DNA from: a virus
Taxonomy: Duplodnaviria; Caudoviricetes
IMG/VR virus record: IMGVR_UViG_2519899649_000001
Coordinates: 1-64,000 of that record
Length of the DNA: 64,000 nt
Strand: one strand, 5' to 3'
The position numbers and the translations under genes are program-made. The notes beneath the pieces were generated by a model that ran no database searches, was not told where the DNA came from, and was given only the letters and a program-made list of their open reading frames with translations. Position 1 is the first letter of the stretch; every line of letters begins with the position of its first letter. Shown here one piece after another: positions 1 through 9,092 of the stretch.

Positions 1-1578
1 ATGTCGGCGGCTGCGCCCGAAGACTTCATCGAAGAGACTGACGAGACCGAAGAAGAACGGCAGGCCCGCGAAGACATCGAGGTCGAGATCGACCCGTTGT
101 CCCAGCAGTTCGTCGCCGAGCTGGTCGAGAAGATCCTGCTGCTGGTCGATGAGCTGTCCGGCCACCCGCTCTACCCGTACCAGCGCGTCTTCGCGTACCG
201 GGTCATTGAGTCGATTCTGCTCAATGACGGCCAGACCACAACCGCGCTTTTCAGTCGCCAGTCCGGCAAGTCGGAGACGGTGGCAAATGTCGTGGCCGCG
301 TGCCTCATCATCTTGCCGCGCCTCGCCAAGGTCTATCCCGACCTTCTGGGAAAATTCGCTGAAGGGTTCTGGGTCGGAGCCTTCGCGCCCACAGATGAGC
401 AGTCCGACATTCTGTACGGCCGCCTAGTGGACCGCCTCACTTCCGAACGTGCCGAAGCGGTATGCGCTGACCCGGAGATTGACGAGCAGGTCGTCCAGCG
501 GGGCCGCACCGTCCACCTCAGAAAGAGCGGCTCACTCATCCGCCGCCAGACCTGCCATCCCCGGGCGAAAATCGAGGGGCGCACCTACCACCTCATCATC
601 GTGGACGAGTGCCAGGACGCCGACGAGAAAATCATCAACAAGTCGGTCGCGCCCATGGGCGCGAGCACCAACGCCTCGATGATCATGATTGGTACGCCTG
701 GCTACACCAAGGGCGTTTTCTACAAGATCATCCAGCATGGGAAGCGCCAGGAGACCAAGCGCGGCTCCAAGCAGCTGCACTTCGAGGCGAACTGGAAGGA
801 GGCGGCCAAGAGTAACCCGAACTACGAGAAGTTCGTCAAGCGCGAGATGCTCCGGCTCGGCACGGACTCCGACGAGTTCAAGATGTCCTACGAACTCAAG
901 TGGCTCCTGGAGAAAGGCCAGTTCGTCACCTCCGAGCGCCTGGACGAACTGGGCGACAAAAGCATGCAGGTCGTCCACGCCTGGCACGCCTCGCCGTGCG
1001 TTGCCGGCCTGGACGTCGCTCGCAAGGAAGACAGCACCGTGCTCACGGTCTGCTGGGTCGACTGGGACCACCCCGACGAATTCGGCTACTACGACACGCG
1101 CATCCTCAACTGGTTGGACTTGACCGGCTTGAAGTGGGAGGAGCAGTACTTCCGGATCGTGGAGTTCCTGTCGAACTACCGGCTGTACAAGCTTGGCATC
1201 GACGCCGGAGGACTCGGTGACGTGGTCGCCGACCGGCTACGCGTCCTAATGCCCCACATCGAGGTCATCGACATCACCAGCTCGCGGCCCGAACAGTCCA
1301 AAAGGTGGAAGCACCTGGCCACACTGTTGGAGAAGGGCATGATCTCCTGGCCCGCCCACGCCAAGACCCGGCGCCTCAAGACGTGGCGCCGGTTCTATCA
1401 GCAGATGACCGACGTGGAGAAGGTCTTCGTCGGGCCTCACATGCTGGTCGAGGCGCCGGACGAAGCAGACGCCCACGATGACTACCCGGACAGCCTCGCA
1501 CTGGCGTGCATCCTCACCCAGGAGGACGCCATGCCAGAGGTCCAGGTGTCGAACGCGCCCTTCTATAACGCGGCCTGA
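1..1578 (+). CDS. terL: Terminase large subunit
   Basis: Walker A-like SRQSGKSE, Walker B IIVDECQD, coupling motif GTP, RNase H-like nuclease AGLDVARKEDST and HDDYPDSLALA; lies upstream of portal and capsid. Confidence 0.93.
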   Translation: MSAAAPEDFIEETDETEEERQAREDIEVEIDPLSQQFVAELVEKILLLVDELSGHPLYPYQRVFAYRVIESILLNDGQTTTALFSRQSGKSETVANVVAACLIILPRLAKVYPDLLGKFAEGFWVGAFAPTDEQSDILYGRLVDRLTSERAEAVCADPEIDEQVVQRGRTVHLRKSGSLIRRQTCHPRAKIEGRTYHLIIVDECQDADEKIINKSVAPMGASTNASMIMIGTPGYTKGVFYKIIQHGKRQETKRGSKQLHFEANWKEAAKSNPNYEKFVKREMLRLGTDSDEFKMSYELKWLLEKGQFVTSERLDELGDKSMQVVHAWHASPCVAGLDVARKEDSTVLTVCWVDWDHPDEFGYYDTRILNWLDLTGLKWEEQYFRIVEFLSNYRLYKLGIDAGGLGDVVADRLRVLMPHIEVIDITSSRPEQSKRWKHLATLLEKGMISWPAHAKTRRLKTWRRFYQQMTDVEKVFVGPHMLVEAPDEADAHDDYPDSLALACILTQEDAMPEVQVSNAPFYNAA

Positions 1579-2166
1579 TCAGCGCCGCGCCCGCCGGATC
1601 TCACCCAGCAGTTCGTCGTCGCAGTGATGCAACTGGGCCGGGCGGCCTGCATAGTGGTTCTGCAATATCTGCTCCACCTGTGGGTCGTCACCCACCTGTT
1701 CGCCGCCCATGAAGTAGGCCAAGACCTCCGCCCACACATTGGGATCGGACTTGGCCCGGCGCATCATCTCCGCGGCGGACAGGCCGTCGGTGACTTTGTG
1801 GCCCCCGATCTCATACGACCTGAACAGCAGCTCCATAACCTCCTCGGGGGACAGCCACCGCTCTGGCTCGCAGCCGTGCGGGCAACGCAACGTCGGGATC
1901 TTGCTGGCCCCCCACAGTCGGCAGATCGTTGGCCGCGCCCGACGAGCTGTACATGCACCCTGCTGGTTCAGCGCCGGGCACAGGAAACGCAGCGCCGACC
2001 CAACGTACGGCGGGAACTGAATACCACGCGCCTCCAGCAACTCACGCTCCAGCCGAGACATGTCCAGCGCCGACACACACGACGCCTGACACAGGCGCTT
2101 GCAGTCCTTCATCTTCGGCACTTGCGCGTACAGCTCTTTCAGCTGCCGATACGCGTCCATATCCAT
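1579..2166 (-). CDS. YkgJ/FliB-like cysteine-cluster (Zn/Fe-chelating) protein
   Basis: CKRLCQASC ... CPALNQQGACT ... RPTICRLWG ... CPHGC pattern typical of the YkgJ (CxxCxxCC) family; only minus-strand gene in the head module. Confidence 0.65.
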   Translation of the reverse strand: MDMDAYRQLKELYAQVPKMKDCKRLCQASCVSALDMSRLERELLEARGIQFPPYVGSALRFLCPALNQQGACTARRARPTICRLWGASKIPTLRCPHGCEPERWLSPEEVMELLFRSYEIGGHKVTDGLSAAEMMRRAKSDPNVWAEVLAYFMGGEQVGDDPQVEQILQNHYAGRPAQLHHCDDELLGEIRRARR

Positions 2167-2274
2167 GCGCCGCAGCGTAGTCCCGAGTCAGCGCTGAGTA
2201 ACTGTCTTTACAAAACCTGTGTCGCCGATCTTTAGCGTCGAACTGGAACGTTCCAACGTAAAGGCAGGCACATC

Positions 2275-2688
2275 ATGGCCGAAGACCGCAGCCCGCTGGC
2301 TCCCGTCGCGCGCTTCCCCGAGAAGGTCCCGACCGTCTACGAGCGCACCACCGCTCCCAACAGAGTGGGCGGCCGTGGCCCCCTCCGCTTCGAGGAGGGG
2401 CTGGCCAGCGACTCCGACATCCCCTCGGACTTCGGCGTCGGCGTCATGCAGGGCTACGAGACCGCGCCGGGCCGCAGCAACCACAACAAGAACGTCTTCA
2501 CCAAGGAGCCCGGCGAGACCATGCGCCAGCGCGCCCACGTCGGCAGCGCGGCCTGGCCCGAAGCCCCAACCTTCCTCAGCGAATTCGGCCACGGCGCCAT
2601 GAACGACTACGCGGAGATCAAGTACGAGCAGGTCGCCCGCTCGGGCAGCCACTACACCCGCCAGAACCCGGCCGAAGTCCAGGACTGA
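2275..2688 (+). CDS. Conserved hypothetical head-region protein (between terL and portal)
   Basis: 137 aa ORF with typical codon bias; GPLRFEEG and RAHVGSAAWPEAP motifs recalled from Bxz1-like phage head modules. Confidence 0.75.
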   Translation: MAEDRSPLAPVARFPEKVPTVYERTTAPNRVGGRGPLRFEEGLASDSDIPSDFGVGVMQGYETAPGRSNHNKNVFTKEPGETMRQRAHVGSAAWPEAPTFLSEFGHGAMNDYAEIKYEQVARSGSHYTRQNPAEVQD

Positions 2689-2720
2689 CCGCCGCCATGC
2701 TGACCACGCGCGCTGCGGCG

Positions 2721-2736
2721 CCCTCTCGGGAGAGGG
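2721..2736 (+). promoter_or_regulatory. Hairpin overlapping the portal ribosome-binding site
   Basis: CCCTCTC (2721-2727) / GAGAGGG (2730-2736) inverted repeat covering the SD of ATG 2748. Confidence 0.4.
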
Positions 2737-2747
2737 GGTGATGCCAC

Positions 2748-4460
2748 ATGGCCATTAGCTTCCTTCCACCCAGCGCGCGAGCCGCCGGTTCAGACCTGAC
2801 CATCGCCATCTCGCCGCTCGGGCTAGTGGAGCTTTTACCTCGCTGACGAAGAGTTCGAGGTACACGGCCCTCGAAGACCCGCTTGAACCGCTATGCGACA
2901 AGCTGGGCCTTCTATCTGGGGCACCACTGGGCCTACCGGCGTGAATTCGGCGAGCCGCAGATCACGTTCAACTACGCCCGCGCGTTTGCTGACTACGCCA
3001 ACAACTTCACCTTCTCCCGCGGCGTGCACTTCGAGAGCGCCCCGGCGTTCCAGCACATCATCCCAGCGCTGCTCCAGCGCATCTGGGAGGTCGACAACGA
3101 CAAGGCCCAGACGTTGTGGAGCGTGGGCAACCACGGCTCGGTGTCGGGCGACTCGTTCGTCAAGGTGGCCTACGAGCCGCCGTTCGAGGACGCCGCCGGA
3201 AACCCGCATCCGGGCCGCGTTCGGATCTTGCCGCTCAACAGTTCCTTCTGTTTTCCAGAATGGCATCCGCATGATCGCGAAAGACTTCTGAGATTTAAAC
3301 TGAAGTACAGATTCTGGGGCACCACTCTAGAGGGAACTCGGCAGGTCTTCACTTACACCGAGATCCTGACCGACGACCGCATTGAGGAATACGTCAACGA
3401 TGAGCTGATCGACTCCCGGCCCAATCCGCTGGGTCAGGTCCCGATCGTGCACATCCCCAACATTCCTGTCGCCGGTTCCCCTTGGGGACTGTCGGATATC
3501 CATGACATCATTCCGCTGAATCGTGAGTACAACGAAAAAGCCACGAACATCAGCGACATCATCAATTACCACGCCAGCCCGGTCACCATCATCACCGGTG
3601 CGAAGGCGAGCAACCTTGAGAAGGGCCCCAAGAAGGTTTGGGGTGGCCTGCCCAAGGACGCCAATGTCTTCAATTTGGAGGGCGGCACCAACGCGTTGCC
3701 GCACGCCCTGGCGTACCTGGACATGCTCAAGCGGAGCATGCATGAGATGACCGGCGTGCCGGAGTCGGCACTGGGGCAGATGCAGCCCATCAGCAACACC
3801 TCGGGCGTCGCTCTGAGCATCCAGTACCAGCCCATGATCCAGAAGATGGATCTCAAGCGCCTTCAGTACACCGTGGGGCTCCGCAGGATCAACGAGCTGG
3901 CCCTGCGCACCCTGTTCCTGCACGAGCCGGAGACGCTGGCCTACAACCCTGAATCCGACGGTCTTCTCACCGAGGGCCAGGCGCTCGTCATCGACCCGAA
4001 CGACCCCGCCGTCTACGACGTCAAGTGCGTCTGGTCGGCCCCGCTCCCAGTAGACGTCCTGGTGAAGCTCAACGAGATCCAGGCCAAGCTCGCTTTGGGC
4101 TTGGAATCCAAGGTCGGCGCTCTGCGCGACTTGGGCAGCGAGTTCCCAGACGAAAAGATGGCCGAGATCAACGACGAGCTGATCGACGAGGCCAAAAAGC
4201 AAGGCGCCGTCGACCTAGTCCGTGTTCAGGTCCAGCAGGCCATCGCCGCCATCACCGGAGTCATGCCGACACCCGACGGCGGAGCCGAGCCGGTCATGGG
4301 CCCACCGCCCGCCGGCGAAGGCGAATCACCGCAACCGCAAACCAATCCAATGATGGGCCTCGACTCAGCCGAGGTCCAGAACCTAGCACCTGAGCTACTG
4401 ACCCAGGCGTATGGCACAAAGCTGGCCCAGCGCCGGGCACCGAACAACAACTCAGCCTGA
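2748..4460 (+). CDS. Portal protein; 5' end interrupted (true start probably ATG 2748, uninterrupted ORF 2883-4460)
   Basis: SPP1-type portal motifs (QITFNYARAFADY, GSVSGDSFVKV, GLSDIHDIIPLNREYN, HEMTGVP); ATG 2748 has SD GAGGGGG and encodes MAISFLPPS...SPLGLVEL in the same frame, but TGA 2844-2846 intervenes. Confidence 0.88.
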
Positions 4461-4480
4461 CATTCATCGGGGGATGAACC

Positions 4481-5320
4481 ATGTTCGTAAATCAGCAGGG
4501 AACGCCGCCCACACCGGAGTCGACTAACGTCCCGTCCCCGGAGCAGCCGACCAATGCTCCGTCTCCGGCGCAGCTGGGCAATGGCACGGCCCCGGAACAG
4601 CCGCCCGTGCCCACTCAGCCGCCCGCGCAGCCCCCAGCACCGCAGACCACCTACTTCACGCAGGCCGACATCGAGCGCGCCCGCAAGGAGGAGAAGGACA
4701 AGCTCTACGGGGAGCTGTCCAAGCTCAAGGAGACCACGCGAGAGCTGAAGGCGGACCGTGATGCCCGGCTCAAGGCGGAGCAGGAAGCGCGCGAGGCCGC
4801 GGAGGCGCAGCGCCGTGCGCAGGAAGAGGAAGAGCTTTCCCTGCGCGAACTTCTGGCCAAGCGTGACCAGGAGTTCAAGGATTGGCAGGCCAAGGTCGAC
4901 GCCGAACGCGAGGCCGAACGCGCCATCATCGCCAAGGAGCGCGAATTCGCGCAGCTCCAGGCTTACATCAACAGCCGGGTCGCCGAAGAGCGCCAGAACG
5001 AAACCATTGCTCCCGAACTCCTGGACCTGGTGACGGGTAACACCCAGGAAGAGGTTGAGCAATCCATTTCTACGCTCCGCGCCAAAACCCAGGCTATTCT
5101 CGAAAACGTAGCTAGTGCGCGGGCAAACTCTGCCGCGCAGATGCGCGGCGTCTCCACCGCCGGATACGCCGTCTCCGGACCTATGGACACCGACTCGGGC
5201 CACAAGACGATTTCATCCGATGAACTGAAGGCCATGTCGATGGCCGACTGGGCAGCACTCCGCGAAAAGGTCCTCCCCTCCGCCGCCGGTGGAGTAAATC
5301 AGGGGATGTTCGGCCGTTAA
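4481..5320 (+). CDS. Capsid scaffolding protein
   Basis: Pro/Gln-rich N-terminus, long E/A/R coiled coil, DIERARKEEKDKLY motif; directly upstream of the capsid gene. Confidence 0.8.
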   Translation: MFVNQQGTPPTPESTNVPSPEQPTNAPSPAQLGNGTAPEQPPVPTQPPAQPPAPQTTYFTQADIERARKEEKDKLYGELSKLKETTRELKADRDARLKAEQEAREAAEAQRRAQEEEELSLRELLAKRDQEFKDWQAKVDAEREAERAIIAKEREFAQLQAYINSRVAEERQNETIAPELLDLVTGNTQEEVEQSISTLRAKTQAILENVASARANSAAQMRGVSTAGYAVSGPMDTDSGHKTISSDELKAMSMADWAALREKVLPSAAGGVNQGMFGR

Positions 5321-5355
5321 GTCCGAGCACCAGAATTTCGTGAGAGGAAACACCA

Positions 5356-6345
5356 GTGCCCAGTGCTATCACCGGTACGCCGTTCCTGTCGGCGTCGCCC
5401 ACTGTCTACTCGGGAGCTGACTCCTCCCGACTTTCGCCTGTGATCCAGACGATCTGGAGCAAGGAAATTCTTTTCCAGGCGATGCCGATCTTGCGTTTCG
5501 AGCAGTTCATGGTGAAGAAGACTGAGCTGGGCGTGCAGCCCGGACTCAGTATCAATTTCACCAGGTACAACAATTTGGGGAAGGCTACGCAGCTCGTTGA
5601 AGGCGTCCGCATGCAGACGAACGCCCTCACTGCGACGCAGTTCTCGATCACGGTCGCTGAGCATGGCTACGCCATTGCTGTCTCGGAACTCCTGCTCAAT
5701 GCCAGCTTCGACGACGTAATGGCGTCGGGCTCGCGTCTGCTGGGCCGGAATATGGCCATGTACCTGGACGAGAGTGCGCGCGACACCCTGCTTCAGGCGT
5801 CGTCTGTTCTGTATGGTCGTGATAAGTACAAGGCCAGTCAGACGATCACGAACCTGTCTCCTTACGACCCCGGTAAGCCGGCCGCGAGCCGCGACGCGCT
5901 GACGGGCGACTTCCACCTCACCTCGCACACCGTGAAGGACTGCGTCGAGACCCTCGAAAGCAAGAACGTCCCGAGGCTCGGCGAGACCTACGTGCAGTTC
6001 GTGCACCCGCACCAAGCGCGCAAGCTTCGCGATGACCCCGAATTCATCGAGATCACCAAGTATGCCAGTCCGGGGAACTTCATGATCGGCGAGATTGGCC
6101 GTCTCCATGACGTGGTGTTCATTTCTACGACCCAGTGCAAGCGCATCAAGAACGCCGCTGGCAAGGACGTCTACCAGTCCATCGTCATTGGCGATAACGC
6201 GGCTGGTCATGCCATCTCTCTGCCGGTCGAACTGCGCGACGGCGGCATTCTCGACTTCGGCCGCGAGCACGCGCTTTGCTGGTATGCGATTTGGGGGCTT
6301 GGCTTGATCACTGACATTTCTGTGGTCATCGCCGAGACCAATTGA
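5356..6345 (+). CDS. Major capsid protein (N4-gp56-like family)
   Basis: IQTIWSKEILFQAMPILRFEQF, VAEHGYAIAVSE, GEIGRLHDVVF and DFGREHALCWY motifs; position after scaffold. Confidence 0.9.
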   Translation: MPSAITGTPFLSASPTVYSGADSSRLSPVIQTIWSKEILFQAMPILRFEQFMVKKTELGVQPGLSINFTRYNNLGKATQLVEGVRMQTNALTATQFSITVAEHGYAIAVSELLLNASFDDVMASGSRLLGRNMAMYLDESARDTLLQASSVLYGRDKYKASQTITNLSPYDPGKPAASRDALTGDFHLTSHTVKDCVETLESKNVPRLGETYVQFVHPHQARKLRDDPEFIEITKYASPGNFMIGEIGRLHDVVFISTTQCKRIKNAAGKDVYQSIVIGDNAAGHAISLPVELRDGGILDFGREHALCWYAIWGLGLITDISVVIAETN

Positions 6346-6413
6346 TCCGCTCCAGTGATATCAAGTCAAGACGTTTCTGCCTGACAATTTTGTGACTCTC
6401 AAGGAGAAAACCC

Positions 6414-6770
6414 ATGGCTCCACGTGCATCCAGCAAGCGCGCCGGTGACCTCACCGGCGTCCGCAAGGAGAAGCTCGCCAAGCAGCACGCCGACGAGCAG
6501 GCTGAGCGCGCCAAGGAAGTCGCCCTGATCGACGCAGCCGAGGCCGAGCCGAAGCTGGTCGACCTGACCGACGACCACCCCGAACCCATCGAGGTCGAAC
6601 CGGCGCCCGAGCTGGAGAAGCCGACCCGCACCATGCGCGTCAACGAGAAGGTCGAGCAGATGACCTTCGGCAGTCCGCACGACGTCTTCGACTTCGAGCC
6701 CGGTATCACCTACCGGGTCCCGACTCCGCTGTACAAGCACCTGGACGAAAAGGGCTATGTCTACCACTAA
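6414..6770 (+). CDS. Conserved hypothetical protein (head completion region)
   Basis: 118 aa, SD AAGGAG, C-terminal MRVNEKVEQMTFG...YRVPTPLYKHL motif. Confidence 0.7.
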   Translation: MAPRASSKRAGDLTGVRKEKLAKQHADEQAERAKEVALIDAAEAEPKLVDLTDDHPEPIEVEPAPELEKPTRTMRVNEKVEQMTFGSPHDVFDFEPGITYRVPTPLYKHLDEKGYVYH

Positions 6771-7026
6771 GCCGAAGCCGGGTGACGCGGTCACCTTCGC
6801 GGTCGAGTACGGGGAAGGTCTCGGGCGCGTGCCCGCTGGCACCAAGGGAACGGTGCGCGCGGTGTACCCGCCCGGGACTCCAGGCATCGGCCACAACGGG
6901 ACCGACGACACCGTGGTCATCGACATCAAGCGTCCGATCGGTCCCGACCGTGCCGTGGCGATGAGCCTGCCGACCTTCAGCGAGGTCTGCACGACCGGCT
7001 CCGCCAAGAGCAAGGGTGGTAAGTGA
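6757..7026 (+). CDS. Hypothetical protein (SH3-like small domain)
   Basis: 89 aa ORF overlapping its neighbours, coding-like composition. Confidence 0.6.
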   Translation: MSTTKPKPGDAVTFAVEYGEGLGRVPAGTKGTVRAVYPPGTPGIGHNGTDDTVVIDIKRPIGPDRAVAMSLPTFSEVCTTGSAKSKGGK

Positions 7027-7457
7027 TGTCCGGGGAGCTGTCCAAGGAGGGCGGTCAGCTGGCGCTGCGGTTCCTGTTGGGCATTCCCGACTCGGGCGGT
7101 AAGCCGCCGGAGCTGCCGCCCGAGCGGTACCTGGCGCTGTTGACCGCAGCCCCGCCGCCCGAAGCGACCATGGCGAACCTGGCCGAGCTGGAAACGGTCG
7201 GCTACGTTCGCGCGCCGGTCGGGACCTGGCGGATGCCCGACACGATGCCTGCCTCTGCCAGCAACGACGGGGCCGTGGAGTTCGGTCCGTTCGGCGACGA
7301 CATGACCGAGCCGGTCACGCACGCCGCCCTGGTCACCGACGGCGCATCGACCGCCGGGACCTTTGTCATGTGGTGGGAGCTGGACCAGGAGGTCCAGGCC
7401 CTCAAGGGGCAAGTCGTGAGATTCGCTCCCGACCGCCTCACCAGAACGATCATCTGA
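7023..7457 (+). CDS. Putative virion structural protein
   Basis: YLALLTAAP...ELETVGYVRAPV pattern seen in small phage structural proteins; GTGA coupling. Confidence 0.55.
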   Translation: MMSGELSKEGGQLALRFLLGIPDSGGKPPELPPERYLALLTAAPPPEATMANLAELETVGYVRAPVGTWRMPDTMPASASNDGAVEFGPFGDDMTEPVTHAALVTDGASTAGTFVMWWELDQEVQALKGQVVRFAPDRLTRTII

Positions 7458-7473
7458 GACGGGGGAGTCTCTC

Positions 7474-8034
7474 ATGCCAGTGGAAGCCAAGGACGTCAAG
7501 ATCAAGCTGTCGGTGAAGACGAAGGCTGGCGACCCGCAGCCCAAGCCGACCGACCCCGCCGACGGTTCGCTGGGCGGCTTCGTCTCGGCCACCGAGCTGG
7601 ACGGCGCGACCAAGCTCAACAATCTCTTCGACGACATCAGCGGCAAGGAGAACAAGGACAAGACCATCGACTACCGGTGCGTCTTCGTCCACAACACCCA
7701 CGCCTCGCTGCCGATGAAGCTGATCACCGCTCGTGTGATCAAGGACAGCAGCGACACCACCAAGGTCTGGGTCGGAGCTGACCCCACCGCGGCGTCGGAG
7801 GCCGGTGCGGCCAACAAGCAGGCGCTGGAGATCGCGACTGAGACCGACGAGCCCGCGGGTGTGACGTGGGTGGAAGCCCAGCCGACCGGCACCGCCTCGC
7901 CCGACACCGTCGATTTGGGCGAGATCGCGGCCGGTCAGGTGAAGGCGATCTGGTTCAAGCGCGAGCCGCAGGGCGGTCCGGCCGTCGACAACGACGAGAT
8001 CACCCTTGAGGTCGAGTGGGACACCGGCGCCTGA
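7474..8034 (+). CDS. Putative beta-sandwich virion protein
   Basis: SLGGFVS...LNNLFDDISG.E...DYRCVFVHNTH motif; SD GGGGGAG. Confidence 0.6.
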   Translation: MPVEAKDVKIKLSVKTKAGDPQPKPTDPADGSLGGFVSATELDGATKLNNLFDDISGKENKDKTIDYRCVFVHNTHASLPMKLITARVIKDSSDTTKVWVGADPTAASEAGAANKQALEIATETDEPAGVTWVEAQPTGTASPDTVDLGEIAAGQVKAIWFKREPQGGPAVDNDEITLEVEWDTGA

Positions 8035-8045
8035 GCTGATGTGCC

Positions 8046-8543
8046 ATGGCAGACGATGTTGAGCAGCAGCTGGCGGCGGCCCGGCAAAGGGTCGCCGCTC
8101 TGCGCGAGCGCGTCGCCGACCTGGACCCCTACATCGCCTACGCCGAGGAGCAGCTGCCCGACTCGGGGTGGCGGAGGATCGTGGGCGCGGCCAGCGTCGC
8201 CGGGTGGAAGTACTCCACCGGTGAGCTTCGGCAGGTCGGACCATGGGTGTTCACGTTGTTCCAGCAGGCGCGCACCGGTGCCGACATCGTCGCCGGCGCC
8301 GACGGCCGGGTGCCCGACCTGAAGATGGCCACCTTCAACGACCCGGTCATGATGCCCGCCGAGCGCCGCGCGCTGGCTCAGAGCACCGCCACCAGCTACC
8401 GGGCCGGGTACGTCGAGCTGGCCAAAGAGGACGACACCAGCGACAAGACCTACCTGATGCTGCGGTGCCTGTACCCCAACGGCACCTTCGTCAAAGACGA
8501 GAACCACACGTTCACGACCGTCTTCGCGGGGGAGGGATTGTGA
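8046..8543 (+). CDS. Coiled-coil plus DSGW-domain fibre-like protein 1
   Basis: N-terminal heptad helix followed by PDSGWR; same layout as the next two genes. Confidence 0.55.
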   Translation: MADDVEQQLAAARQRVAALRERVADLDPYIAYAEEQLPDSGWRRIVGAASVAGWKYSTGELRQVGPWVFTLFQQARTGADIVAGADGRVPDLKMATFNDPVMMPAERRALAQSTATSYRAGYVELAKEDDTSDKTYLMLRCLYPNGTFVKDENHTFTTVFAGEGL

Positions 8544-9091
8544 GCGATCCGCAGCTGGACTCCCTCAACCGCGTGCTCGACGGCCTGGAGAAGACCTGCA
8601 CGGAGCTGGAGGAAGCCGCCGTCACCGGCGTGGAAGAACAAGGCAGCGGAATCACCCTTCCTCGTGCAGCCCGAGCCGCCCGTGCCCGGGACCGCGACAC
8701 GGGGTGGGTGGCCCTGCCTGTCACCTGGGAGGCCGGGTGGAAGGCGTCCAGCCTGGGGTCCAACGCGCTGCGTGCCCGCCGCGTCGGCGACCTGATCACC
8801 GTGCGGCTGGGAGCTGACCGAACCGGAGCCACCCTGACCGGCAACGCTTTCGGCAACATCACCGACACCATCGTTCTGACGATCACCGACCCGCGGTTTC
8901 GGCCAGCGGTCGACTGGAGCCACTTCTTCGGCTCCACCTACGCCTGGGGCGAAGGGGAGCTGATGCAGGACGGCAAGTGGAAGATCCGGTCCTACGTAGC
9001 CACCGCCAAACTCGGTGCTTCCGGCACGGGAGTGTCCACCTGGATTCGCGCGCAGGTGGTGTGCCCCGGGCAGCCCTACGACTGGAGCTGA
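8540..9091 (+). CDS. Coiled-coil plus DTGW-domain fibre-like protein 2
   Basis: GTG start overlapping previous stop; DTGW...ARRVGDLITVRL...LTITDPRFRP, paralogous to the N-terminus of the next gene. Confidence 0.65.
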   Translation: MSDPQLDSLNRVLDGLEKTCTELEEAAVTGVEEQGSGITLPRAARAARARDRDTGWVALPVTWEAGWKASSLGSNALRARRVGDLITVRLGADRTGATLTGNAFGNITDTIVLTITDPRFRPAVDWSHFFGSTYAWGEGELMQDGKWKIRSYVATAKLGASGTGVSTWIRAQVVCPGQPYDWS

Positions 9092-9092
9092 C

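Noticed and set aside
1579-2194. TCAGCGC direct repeat as a target-site duplication of a mobile element
   Set aside because: A 7-bp GC-rich match can arise by chance, and no transposase or terminal inverted repeats are present; mentioned only as weak context
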